The notes under the pieces are model-generated. The model did no database searches and was not told where the DNA came from. It was given only the letters and a program-made list of their open reading frames with translations. DNA of 64,000 nt from NCBI GenBank assembly GCA_001662655.1, contig KV460250.1. One strand, given 5' to 3'. Of this stretch, positions 1-12,214 are shown one piece after another; position 1 is the first letter of the stretch; each line of letters begins with the position of its first letter. The DNA is from Pseudogymnoascus verrucosus (Eukaryota). Made by a program: the position numbers and the translations under genes.

Positions 1-302
1 TATTACTAAATACTTGTTCTAAGGCTATAGAGGTTACTAGAACTACTAAATAGCCTAAGTAATAGGTAATAACTAGATATTAAGGATATTAGTATGCTTA
101 TAAGGCTATAGTTTAAGCATAACGTTAAGACGACGTCTGTAAAAAGAAGCCTTAGCTATGCTTGGCTACTCTTGGCATGTATCCGGATATATACTCGAGA
201 GTATCCGGATACGCCGGATACTCTTCAAATATCGCCGGGTAGGTATATACTCGAGGATATACCCGGATACTACGGGTATATTGGTATCCGTGCCGAACAC
301 TG
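1..302. mobile_element. Terminus of a degraded DNA transposon, probably hAT-like, continuing off the left edge
   Basis: Reverse complement of 283-302 is CAGTGTTCGGCACGGATACC, a CAGTG-type terminus. Subterminal CCGGATA repeats at 183, 205, 214 and 263, and palindrome GTATCCGGATAC at 201-212. Bases 1-160 are AT- and TpA-rich, as in RIP-mutated DNA. The other end is not in the window. Confidence 0.5.
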
Positions 303-398
303 GTGAGGAGGGGTGCGTGGGGTGGGATTCGTTTCCGGTGAATCTTGGTTAGAGATTTGTAGGGGCGATTGGGGTTAATGAAGTGAATGAGTTTCTAT

Positions 399-691
399 TA
401 AATCTACGTGGTAAATAATGTATCATACGATTCTCCGTGAGATAATACCTACTAAGGTTTGTGATGAGGTTTCCTGTTATGGAAGGGTAGAAGGTGGATA
501 ATGAGTAGGGGGATGGGGGGATTTATAATAAACTCTTTACCCTTCTTTCACCATATTGTTTTCTCTAGTTACTATAGCTATAACAACAACTGCATAAGTA
601 AGGCCGTCTATTTACTAAATCCACGTGAGAAATAGTATCATACGATTACCTACTACTACTAAATCCAGGTGAGAAATAGTATCATACGATT
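399..691 (+). repeat. Three direct copies of a ~34 bp motif
   Basis: TACTAAATCCA(C/G)GTGAGAAATAGTATCATACGATT at 613-647 and 657-691, with a diverged copy at 399-432. Confidence 0.8.
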
Positions 692-825
692 CTCTACGAG
701 CTAGCTATAACTAACTACCCACCAACCTCCTTTTATCAATGTGAACACCTTCCCTCTCTTCCTATGTAACAGATATTCACTTCACCACGACCACCACGAC
801 CACCACAACCACAACACCACCCACC

Positions 826-1284
826 ATGCAAAAATACACACCCTACTCCTCCTCCCTCCTCCCCTTCCTCCCCCTCCCCAACCGCCTCTCAATAATCGCC
901 CGCATGGCCCGTCTAAAGAGCCACCTCGACCCCACCAGCCGCCACTACTGGGCCATCGAGCAACACCCCAACATCCGGGCTGCCATACGGTTGTATGAGC
1001 TAGGGATGCTGGATGGGGTGGTGAGGGTTACGATTATGGGGGGGAGGGTTGTTAGTACGGAGGAGGAGGAGAGGTTTAGAAAGAGGGGGAGGGTGGAGTG
1101 TTGGTCTGAGGTGAGAAAGTCTATCTTTCCCCGGCTTGATGGCTTGGGGGGTTTGGTTTTGTTGTTTTGGTGGTGGTGAAGGGGGTGGGGGGGGGGAGAT
1201 GGGAGAAAGATGGAATGAGATGAGATGAGATGAAATGAAATGACTAACTGGTGCGTGTAGGGCGGGATGCATCACCAGTTTTAA
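826..1284 (+). CDS. Small hypothetical protein (~102 aa, 2 exons: 826-1110, 1261-1284)
   Basis: ATG at 826, GTGAGA donor at 1111, GACTAAC branch site and TAG acceptor at 1260. The splice stays in frame to TAA. No recognisable domain. Confidence 0.5.
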
Positions 1285-4024
1285 CCCCCTTCCTCCTCAC
1301 TCTCTTACTATACGATTTATTCGAGAAACAATAAGGTGAGAAACTGCTGTTGTGGTCATATATTCCACGTGACCATCATCCAAATAACCACGTGATCACA
1401 ACCATCCTGAAAATTCTTTATGTATCACGTGCGTCCATTGACAGAGCTCTAGGTCCAGCTCCAGCTGGACTCACTCGACCACTCGACCACTCGACTCGAA
1501 CAGAACAGGCGGTGAGGGGCAAAGCTTGATTAGGAGAGTTTTTCTGGTGTAGCCAATTGGGATGCCGTGGGGGGGTTGTCGTGTTGAGTGAGTGGTGGAT
1601 GGATGACTCGATTGGAGGGCGGGGTTAGTTGTAATCTGATTAATTGATTTGATTGATTGATTGTTAAGAGCGAGAGTGGGAGATAGGTCGTTTTGTTGGA
1701 GTGAGAGGTTTGTTTGTTCAGGATAGGTTATATTTTTATAGTTATATACGATTATTGAGGATGAGGCGCAGGATCTATCGTATAGCTTAGCTATCCCATC
1801 CCAACCAGCTCCTCAGCTCCTCCCAGCTATCCTACCTACCCATCCATCTACTGCGGGTTTGAGTTGTTCCTCCTCTCTTCTCAAACACAAGCGTCATCAT
1901 GCGCTATGTATCTGACTCGGGGTACTTCCTGTGTACACCCACTCCCCTCGGTACTTCCATGTCTCTCTTTCGCTTCTTTTATTCAATCAGAGCACAGTGA
2001 TTGGTTAAGGGGGCAGGGGCATATCATCATCCGACCGTCGAGTTTCTCCGTTCTGAGCCAGTGAGTGGAAGGGTACTTTTGGTAGCTAGCTACCCCTCCC
2101 CCTTCACTGGGTTGCTTTTATCCCATGTGGTTTATCGGTGGATAAGACGGAGCTTGGGGGAGCTCGGAGGTACTGTACAACAACTGGCTGGGAGAACACC
2201 CACGATTGAACCACACACACACGGGGGTAGCTGCGAACGGAGAGCTTTGTTGTGAAACGGACGGGGATGCCGAGTATATGTCTACGGTAGATATAGGATT
2301 GTGGGTAGGAGAGGGAGAAGTGGGATTTGGGATGTGTACGGAGGTGGCTATGGGATTGTTTAGGTAGGGTACTTACGAGTAGTATAGCTTTGTTTGGCCC
2401 ATAGCTACGATAACATAGCTCCCACTCGAGATACTTACAGCCACCTATCGACTATCGACGGACGACAAGAGGGGACACGACACGGCAGTCTTCATCCAAG
2501 TACCGTGCGTGTTCGTGTCGTGTGTTCATCTAGAGTGGTACATATACGATGCTACAGACTCGACTATATTAGTCTACCATAGAATAAATACAGCTCGACT
2601 ATGGACTATAGTGGTAAGTGGTACTCTAACAGGACTAAGAGGGGAAAGAAGACCCTTCCCTGCACCCTTTTCCCCTTCCTGCTCTTCCTGCCCTTATACC
2701 CTCACTCATGACCCTACTCTGCTCACTCAATGCTACCTTACAACCACCCTTCCTTGCTTCCTAAACATCCAATACTCACCCTAATACAGTAACAGTAGCA
2801 CATTAACACACACATCAACATACACATTAATCTGAACCATCTTGCCGAGCTACCTAGCATTATTACCACTTCGGTATGATTACCGTATGCACCCACGGGC
2901 CCTTACCTGCCACAGCACAGTTTCTTGCTTGTTTTTGTTCTTGTTTTGGTTTCGTTGCTGGCTTGGGTCACTCTATGTGGTACCTACCACTTACCACCTC
3001 TACTCTACCAGACACTACTCCCGTAACTCGACGATACTCGACGATACTCGAAGTACTCGGTCGGCCACACTCGACGACTCGAATACTCGTCTGTAGACCT
3101 CTCTGCTACCAATCTTTTGCTCTTACTCGTGCATACTATCCTAACTAAACTAACTAAACTACTACTAAACTGCTACTAAAACTACTATACTTACACTTAC
3201 ACTACTACAACTACCCTACTAGTCCTACCAAATCTTCCCCTTCTACCCAATTACACGACTCCCACGCCTACATCCTCGAGTCAACTACCTCTAAATTAGT
3301 ACCTCTAACGACCTCTAACAACCTCTAATAGTTAGTACCTCGAAAGAAGTCTAACCTAAGTGTACCTCTCCTCCTCCTCCCCCCATCCAGGTACTTCGCC
3401 CAGTTAGAGTACCTCGTCCCTCATCCTCTACATCATCCCACGCACACACATACATACATACACACATACACACACCTTCCTACCTCTCACCCCCGCCCCC
3501 AATCCTCCTCCTCCTCCTCTCACTCACTCACTCCCCTTCCGCCCTACCCACCGCCCACCACCCACCCACCTCTCCCACTACCACCACACAGACACAACCC
3601 AAGAGCTTACTTACCTACGAACCTACCTCCCCGACCACTCCTCAGCTTGCTCTACCTTCTTTCCCCCGAAACAACACACACAGAGCTGAACCTGCCCCGA
3701 CCATTCCCTCGCACCTACTATACCTCCCATCACACCCACCATCCATCTATCCGAGAAGCTTCACTTCCTCTTCAAACCCTCACCTCTCATCTCTAAACCC
3801 TCAATCCCCCCAAACCTCTCAGCTCCTCTCTCCTACATCCACCCCGCCCTCGCTTCACAACACCTCTTATCGCCATCCTCGCCCTATCGCCGCCACCACC
3901 ACCCACCAAGCGCCGCGCACAACTCGCACAATCCCGAGTATACGACGTACACAACTCTCACAACTTCCCAGCCCAAGCTCCAGCGCTCCGCATGGTGGGG
4001 ACCCTCGCCGTCGCTGCCGCCACC

Positions 4025-5702
4025 ATGCCGCCCCAGCGCTCTGCACTCACGTCGTCCTTCCCCCTCGCCGACGCAACGAATGAGGTTGTTTGTCCGCTGC
4101 GCAATCATGATGGTTCGGGGTGTCGGAAGAGGTGTCTCGGGGTGAGTTTCTGCGCCCGTTCCTCATTGCTCTTCGATAGCTCCTCGATAGCTTCTAGCTC
4201 CCATGACGACCGAGAATTACATCGCTGACCATGCTTTTGTTTCGCAGGAAAAACGATATCGCTCGATGCAGGAGCACATCCGTCGCGCGCACCCGGAACA
4301 TTACATCTCGAAGCTGCCGGCGACCGAGGAGAGCTTCCAGCTTATGATTAATACCCCGCCGTCGGAGAGACCGCAGCCCGCGCAGCAGCAGCAGCAGCAG
4401 CAGCAGGCGCAGCAGCAGTCGCTTTCGTCGACAGGTGCGTCGCTACCCTCTCAATCTCTCAATCCCACGTCATAAAGCTAATGTAGCTATAGCACACGCG
4501 CATGAGCGCAATCACTACGCTTCGTCTAGTGGTCCAGGGACACCGAGGAATATCGAAGAATACACCTCTGTGCCACCGATTGCTAATGCTGCGGCGGCAC
4601 TCGCGCAGTTGCATACTCATAAAGTCGAGCCGGAATGGGATTCTGATATGGTACGCTTCTTGTCCCCCAGGTCCTCTTCCAATACATTCCCCATCTAGTA
4701 CTTCTAGTATCAGGCAATTACTCACACCCCCTTCCCAGGAATGGCACTCCGACACCGAACTCCACCACCCCCGCAGCATGCTCTCCTCCATCGAGCTCCC
4801 CCCCCTCCGACGCCTCGACCACCCCACCTCATCCCCATACACGCCCCTCCCACGCCAAAACGACCGTCTCTCCGCACTCCTCTCGCACTCCCCCCCCAAC
4901 CGCTCTTCAACACTCCCACCTATCCGACCACCGCAGGGGCATGCGAGACCGCGCAAACAGTCGCTTAGTAGGCACGCGAGGGAGCCGCCGCATAAGAGAC
5001 ATAAGAGCCGTGATGGGATGGGGTTGGGGCATATGAGGAGGGGGAGCTATGAGAGGAAGGCTATGAGTGCTGAGCCGTCGGGGTTTGGGTATGGGAAGAG
5101 GTGGGAGGATTTGTTGGATGCGGCGACGAGTGCGACTAGTGATGTTGGGGAGGATAGGACGCCTGTATGTTTTTGTACCCCCCACCCAAGATTGGCGAAG
5201 AAGAGAGACTAACACAACGCAGCTTCCCGCATCCCCCCTCAGCGCGCCGAGGTCGTCACTCCCGCCAGCACAGATGCAGGCCTACACCGCCTCGCCCCTC
5301 CAACAAGCTCTCACACCCCCAGCTTATAACTTCTCCCCCCCCGCCCTCCCGAGCGTCGAGACGATCCCCACACCCGAGCGTCCGGACCATCGCATCCCTC
5401 ACGACCATCGCGGTCCTAATAGCGACCCCAGCAACGGTCCTGACAGGGGTCAAACCAACCGCCTCCCCGGCCTCCAGAATATCCCACCCCACCCCTCGGG
5501 CGGAGCGAACGTACAAATCTACTGCGCCGCGTGCCAGGGCGTTAGTTTACTCCGAGAGAGCTATGCGTGCACGGAGTGTGTGTGTGGGCTTTGTCAGATG
5601 TGTGTTGATGTCCTGATGGCGGGGCAGGGGGCGAGGAGGAGGTGTCCGAGGTGTGCGTGTGTGGGGGGGAGGTTTAAGCCTTTTCAGTTGGATGTTAGGT
5701 AG
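4025..5702 (+). CDS. Fungal zinc-finger protein (N-terminal C2H2-like, polyQ, C-terminal Cys-rich RING-like); exons 4025-4141, 4248-4434, 4493-4650, 4739-5164, 5223-5702
   Basis: Four canonical introns join the ORF pieces. Motifs CPL-x7-C...MQEHIRRAH and CAAC...CTECVCGLCQMC...CPRC. Confidence 0.85.
4382..4418 (+). repeat. CAG microsatellite encoding polyglutamine
   Basis: Interrupted CAG run inside exon 2 (QQQQQQQQAQQQ). Confidence 0.9.
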
Positions 5703-6622
5703 ACTATCGACTTTGCGGTGTGCGTTGAGTTGGTGGCGAGGTTTGATGGGGGATGGTTTGTGCTGACGATGACTTTGCTGGGGTGGTGAGGAGTGAGAAA
5801 GGGGAGTGATGATTTTTTTATGAGGTTGGGTTGGGGTTTGGTTGGGGGTGGTGTGGTTATTTTGTGATTTTTTTTGGGCGTTTTGACTTCCTGGATTATG
5901 GATTTATGGATTTTTACGGTTTATGGGGACTTATGGGTTGGGTTGGTGGGGGTTCTTTTGGATTTTTGGGGGGTTTGGCTTTGGGTATGGGGGTATGGGT
6001 TGGTTGGATGAAAGTTTTCCATGATTTTTGTTTGGATTTTATGTTTCAGTTTTTGGGTTTGGGCTGTGGGGATATTGAGATTTGAGGATTCTGCTTTTCC
6101 AACGAGGCCCTGAAGAGCTGGTTGGGAGGGGGAGGAGGGTGTAGATATAGATCTAACGCTCGAAGAGTGATGGGATGAAATGAGAGATTTGGAGAGATGA
6201 GAGATGATACGAGGAGCTGAGTTGAGTTGGGGATACAGTTCACAGGACTAGGGGAGGGGAGTTAGACGCATGCATGCATGGGATGGAGGTATAGATGAAA
6301 TCGATGGATTTATGATCTTTGATTTTGGTGTTTGTGTTTATGTTTGCGATGAACATTTGCGTTAGTGATGGTGTTTGTCTCGTGGTGTGTGTGTATGCGC
6401 TCGTGGAGTGAGATAGCGTATGTGTCCAGGAGAAGTCATAGAACAACTCGTTGATAGGCAAGGAGGTGGTGTCAGCTTGGGGTTCTGAGAGTCCTTCAAC
6501 CTGATATCATGGATACGCATCATATTGCACTCCGACTCTAGAGGTAGTGAGGTAGACTGACACGTGGTGGTGCTCCTTTCACCGCCGCGCGCCTACTTCA
6601 GTCCAACCAAGTAAACAAAGCA

Positions 6623-7154
6623 TCACTCCACGATCCCCGTACATAGGAACGAGCCAATCTGCTCATTGAACCCGGCGTACCGCTGAACATCGTCGACGGG
6701 GGTGAGATAATCAATCGTGAAATAGGGGCCCCTACAATCGCGGTCCCTTGCATTTGTAGCTCTGGCAGAGTAGGTAGGCCTGATCAAAGCAGGTTGGTTT
6801 ATGGGGCGGGCGGCGGGCGGACTTACTTGTGGAATCCGCAGATTCCTAGCGCGGGACTGAGGATCTTGACTGAGGATATGGAATCATTCCATGGGCCGTA
6901 GAGATCCTTTGGGCTGATGTTAGTCGAGAAATATGGTATGTATCTATGTATTCCCGAGAGAGAATGGAGAGCATAATAGCTGGATCCTGGATTCCTTGGT
7001 ACGGGAACTTACCACAGTACCCCCCTGTGGCTTTTATGTCAAGGCAATCTTCATAATTCGCGTTCTTGCAGATCCTGACCGCTGGCACTTCCTGTGCGGC
7101 GACTAGGGTGGAGAGAGTGCTGATGATGATGGTTGTGAGTCCGGAGAAGTGCAT
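6623..7154 (-). CDS. Small secreted Cys-containing protein, beta/gamma-crystallin-like; junction of exons 1 and 2 unresolved
   Basis: Signal peptide MHFSGLTTIIISTLSTLVAA. GTAAGT donors at 7012 and 6826. Repeated motifs WNDSISSVKI and FNEQIGSFLC. Stop at 6623-6625. The obvious acceptor at 6914 gives the wrong phase, so it may be frameshifted. Confidence 0.55.
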
Positions 7155-7254
7155 TTTTTTTTGTGGGAGTGGGGAGGCGTTGTTGTGGGTGTGTTGGAAA
7201 CTGAGTGAGTTTTGGGATATATTGCTTTATATGGAGGGAGATGGTGCGTTCTGT

Positions 7255-7377
7255 CTAGACAGCGAGGGGGGCAACTGCAGGCTTCTCCAGTTCGGCGTCT
7301 GATAGATCTGGTGTTGGGGTAGCTGATGCTAGGGCGGACAGGGTGCTGACGAGGGCTGCGAGCGCGGAGAAGTGCAT
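7255..7377 (-). pseudogene. Truncated paralogous 5' fragment of the neighbouring secreted-protein gene
   Basis: Encodes MHFSALAALVSTLSALASATPTPD...AV* (40 aa). The start context and upstream sequence resemble 7141-7230. Confidence 0.5.
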
Positions 7378-8299
7378 TTTTGTAGGACTTGGGAGGAGGT
7401 GTTGGTGTGCTGGAAATAGACTGCTTGTTGGGATATGGTGCTTTGATGTTGGGCGATGAAAAGCTGTAGATATCGAGGTAGAGTATCCTTTTGTAGATGT
7501 GTAGTTCGCTTGGGATTCGGATTTAAACTAAGATGAGGAAGAGAGTTGGTTGGTCGTATAGAATGAAAAATATAATAAATGTCAACAGGCCTAGAGCTGA
7601 GCTGAGCTGAGACAAAACATCTCTTGTTGGGATTTGCTTTAAATCGAGATGGCGAAGGGCGTTACTCGTACGGAATAAAAGATGCGGATTATATGTACTG
7701 ATCTCGAGCTGACCTGAGACAGAAAATTAATCTGTATCCAAGCAAGCCATCCCAAGGCCGTTGGGCGAACATATGCAGGGCCCCCTCCCAGCTCCCAACC
7801 CCAACTTGTGAGACAGAGACGGATATTGCATCTGTAGCGGGGTGTAGACATGTTTAGCGGTGAGTCTGGGAAACTCTATTTCCAATATCTTATTGCTTGT
7901 TCAACTGTTATTTGCTAGTGGATGTACGCCTATCGTTTTACCAGCTGCATATGGATGATGATGAAGTGGTATGAAGTAGGGGGCTGACTTCTAACAAGTC
8001 TTTTGGAGTTATCTGGTTTATGGCCTCGTCTACTTCAGAATACTGCATTATACATACTGTACTGTAATATGTGGCTTTGCAAAGATTTGATGCACCTGTG
8101 AAGTATACGGGACTAAGCTTAATCTTCTAACGGGCTTTAGGGAATAATAGACTTAATGTTTCGGCCTCTTATAAATTTTAATCAAGTCGACCGTCACTCT
8201 CTAGGCCAGCATTTATATTCAAATATTCTCCTTCTATGATATCAAATCCAATCGAATACAAGTGGGGCCTAGTTTGTGAGGAGAATTCTAGTTCAGATT

Positions 8300-8935
8300 T
8301 CATAGAGAAACAACATCTGCAGATACCGCCTCCAAGAGCTCCTTGTAAGCCTCGATGATACTCCCCCCCTGAGCGCTCCACGTTCCGCTACCACTAACCA
8401 GCTCTAAGTCTCCCCCACTCGAAGCCTTCACTAGAAGCTCTTTAGTTGGAAACGCCAGCCCGATCGTCTTCTCGATCGGTCTCATTCGTACCCCCTGGAG
8501 CACCTGCTTCAGCTGCGCATTGGCCTTGCCGCCGCCATGCCCGCCATAGCTCACAATCATGGCCGCCTTGCCTTTCCACTCATGGAATAGGTAATCAATG
8601 GCGTTCTTGACTACCGCTGGGTAACCCCAGTTGTACTGAGGGGTCACGAAGATGAAGGCGTCGTAGCGCTGGATTTCCCGACTCCAGCTCTGGGTGTGGG
8701 CGTGGTCGTACTCGGTGTAAGAGTGAATCTGGGAGGGGACGGCAGATTCGTTGAACATGGGGAGGTTCCATTCTTGGAGATCGATCACTGTAAGGGATGG
8801 CGGCTGGAGATTAGACGGCGTAGGTAGGCTGGCGGGTTTGATTGTTTCGATGATGAAGTTGGCAATCTGCGGACAGGCGCGTGGTGTGCGGGCGCTGCAG
8901 ATGATGACACCGATCTTGGGGCCAGCGGAAGCCAT
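8300..8935 (-). CDS. NADPH-dependent FMN reductase (flavodoxin-like; Lot6/SsuE family)
   Basis: Intronless, 211 aa. Motifs IICSARTPR, FVTPQYNWGYPAVVKNAID, SYGGHGG. Confidence 0.92.
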   Translation of the reverse strand: MASAGPKIGVIICSARTPRACPQIANFIIETIKPASLPTPSNLQPPSLTVIDLQEWNLPMFNESAVPSQIHSYTEYDHAHTQSWSREIQRYDAFIFVTPQYNWGYPAVVKNAIDYLFHEWKGKAAMIVSYGGHGGGKANAQLKQVLQGVRMRPIEKTIGLAFPTKELLVKASSGGDLELVSGSGTWSAQGGSIIEAYKELLEAVSADVVSL

Positions 8936-10232
8936 GGCTTGGTTTGGGAGTCAATGTTGCTAGTTGGGTTTTGTCGATGGAAATTCTCAGTAGATAGATG
9001 TTTACTTGTTTACGGGTAGATGCGTCCTTAAATACTTGGGTTAACTAGGTTAGAGAGCGAGATTTACCGAAAATGCATCTATCAAACGACACAGCGATAT
9101 TCGGTATTATACAACCCAATAATTGTTATAGCGCATGAATTCGTGTCTTTCGGGGTCAAGTGGTATTTCAATACCCATTGTTGCCTCGCACGTGGAGACA
9201 GAGAGGGGCCGCCGGAGAATTAGTATTATCCGGCACACCCCGACTTCGACTACGCGTATGAGTATACTCGCTGCTAGTATTTCCCGAAGGACCCGAAGGA
9301 CCCGAAAGACCGAAAGCAAGATTGGAAAAAGGTACTTTAAATCCGACAAGGTCCGTCAAGGAGAGCGGGAGCGCCAGAAGCTTGGCCTAAAGCTTACTTG
9401 CTTTGTGGAGTTGACCCTGCCAAGGATGGCGAGGGGGGATTGGACGGCGATATTGGAGGGTGGGAGCAGATGTGGACTTCTACTCCAGACATGACATACT
9501 TTGAGCTAATGGGTAGCATAGGATGTTACCATACTGTATATTCACAGTACGTTGCTAGGCTATATATTTATAATCGAGTATTTGTTCTAGATTATCCTGG
9601 ATTCCATTCATTAACATCCATAGTGGGCAGGCAATAAAGTGGGCCATCCGTTGCGACGTCGACATCATCTTCATGGGCTAGACTATCAGGAACCGCGATC
9701 CAGACAGTGAAGAGGTAAAACAACGGCAACAGGCCGTCATCACGGCCTAAAAGAAAAAAAACCCCCCCCCAATGTTCTGCTCTGCTAGCGACGAGGGTCT
9801 AAACCGAGCCAAGACAACATATCCGGGCAACTTTAAGGAGTGCTTTCGCATAGGCGCCGCCTGGAACGACGGCGTGCGGTTTTCATGGGTGCATCCGCTG
9901 GGTGCGGAGTTCCTCCTCCCCGGAAACCAGATCCCGTTCCACAGCCCGGATAAGGACTCGTATGTACAAAACGGGCAGATCGTACGCCTTGGTGTGTGCC
10001 ACGGGGCTCGCCGACGCCTTTCTCTGCTGTGACAGAATTGTAGACGGCACTTACGACCTCCGTGACAAAGAGAAGATGGCTAATGCGTTTTGGGCCTCTG
10101 CGAGCCGATGGCTAAATTTGTAGACGCACCTGAACATCTCATGCGCGGTTTTTGATATTATATGCGGGCTGTAAAAACAATGTAACATTATTTTATTTGC
10201 ATAAATTAACCATAATCTAATGGGCTCTACGT

Positions 10233-11800
10233 CTATGTATCCTCCTGGAAAAGATGCTCTTTCTTCATCTGATTTACATACCGAACCGCCCTCTCTTTGT
10301 CCCACGTAGAATCCGTTAGACTCCCAATAAGCACTTCCTTAACATCTTTAGCCATCTTCGTACTACCACAAATGTAGAACGCCGCGCCCTGTTCCACAAC
10401 CAATCTCCTCGCCTCCCTGCCCCTCTCTCGAAATTGATCCTGCACATAAACTTTCTGTTCGCCATCTCTCGAAAACGCGCAGTCGATGTTAAAAAATTTG
10501 TGCTCCCTTTTGCAATTTTCCCATTCGTCCGCATAGAGGAAGTTCTAAGAGGAAGACCGGCAACCGAAGAAGAGTAGCACCGGCCCAATGGTGAAGCCTT
10601 CGGCGGCGAGACCAGCGCGTTCTTGCACAAAAGCTCGGAAGGGTGCAATGCCGCTACCGGGCCCAACCATGATGATGGGTTTTCAAATATCTAGTGGGAG
10701 GCGGAGGGCGGAGGTGCGGATATGGGCGAGAACTTTACCTGCATTCGGAAACACAACTGGCATGTTAGAACGATTAGCCGTAGTACGTGTTGTGTCTCAG
10801 ATCGGAGCTGTCGGTGTAAGTCAATGAGGTAATTTGTTGTTAAGCCGTAGAACCTCTCTTCTGTGCCAGCAATCTGCTCATTCACAACGCCGACTGTGAT
10901 TGCTATCCGATGGGGGGAGGACTTAGGAGAAGATGCAATAGAAAAATAGCGAGATTGCAACTTTGGAAGCAACTGCACAAGCAAGGTAAACAGTGTCAAA
11001 GGCCATACCGTCATATCCTCCGAGTTAGCAAACTTCATTAACCTTCCAATAGTCCAGAAACTGTTGACTGTGAGGCCCAGGAACGTTGTCGTTTATGAGA
11101 TTCTTCAGCTTCCTTTTTGAGGAATCATTTGGCGCAAATGAGCGAGGAGAGTTACAGACTCTTGTGAGACAGGTTCGCATATATCAAGACAATCTGTGAG
11201 TAGGATTTCCCGTCTCGTTGCCGCCGGGAAAGAGATTTGTATAGGTAGACTCCCCATCGACTGTCACTGTTGATCTAATATTGATAGCAGAATGGAGCTT
11301 GCGCCCATCCCATCCGAATAATTGGATAAGCTTTTAAACTTCTTGGTTGGGATTTACTGGCCAGACGGCGATATGATCCCCACTTTCGTATTTGAATGAA
11401 TCATCCGCGTTCTTCTGACCAAACTCAATATGCAGATACGTTAGGGACAAGGCACTATTCAAGCTGCCACGTTGTATACCACCCTTCGTCAATTCCTTGG
11501 GTATCGCATATGGGAGCGTAGTAGACTTGGCCTCGGGCCTGCGTTGATTGCGACTTGTAGAGTTCCGTGTGCACAGTCCGGGTTTCCATATTTTTCTGCT
11601 GCATCCACTAATTCGATCTCCGCCTCATATTTCAATTGACGTGAATGTAGCTGTTCTCGACTGAGAGAATCTCCTAAGTGAGTTAAAATATTCTCTTTCC
11701 ACATTCTCCAATTGCGATCGGATCTTAGTGTTTCATCTGCTTTGCCAACAAAGCCAAGGCGTTGAGCGCTCCCGCTTGTCAGTGAGCGATCAACAACAAC
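10233..11800 (-). pseudogene. NADPH-cytochrome P450 reductase-like pseudogene
   Basis: Motifs [48 protein letters not shown] and LFQED are spread over different frames with stops. The N-terminus is missing. Confidence 0.85.
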
Positions 11801-12214
11801 AACGAAGCTGATATTTGCTGCTTCCCAATCCAAAAACAAAGTACCGGAGGTTGGGGACAACGGTAGATTCTACTGGTTGTGGTAATTATATGGCGCTTTC
11901 GTCCATTTCATAAGTTAAGGTTCCCTAGTGGACCTCATTATTCCAAGTGAGTGACTCGCCTACAAGATTATTCCTTCGGTTTAGTTTACTGTATGAGGCA
12001 ATTTGTTAGCGAGAGCCCTGGGTTTAGAATGTGCCGACCGAAAACGCGGGGTAGGCCACACCATAAGTAAGGCCGCAGCCCCATAGAATTTGGTGGCCTT
12101 GACGTAGGTAGGGGGCAGGGTCAGCTCAACTTCGTCCTGTATTTAACCACAAGTAGCATCCACCACGAGCACTAATACAAATAACTGCAACTAGAACATC
12201 AATCTCTGGCGATA

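Noticed and set aside
399..691. CRISPR-like reading of the ~34 bp direct repeats
   Set aside because: Eukaryotic context, only three copies, irregular spacing (about 180 and 9 nt) and no cas genes.
7551..7560. TATACGACCA on the minus strand resembling the 5S 5' end
   Set aside because: Only about 9 nt match and in the wrong orientation to be the missing 5' half of the split 5S.
9283..9316. Short CCCGAAGGA tandem repeat upstream of the FMN reductase
   Set aside because: Three to four degenerate units; indistinguishable from slippage without conservation data.
9772..10123. Two overlapping plus-strand ORFs that look like a frameshifted gene fragment
   Set aside because: No motif I can recognise, so no call can be supported without a search.
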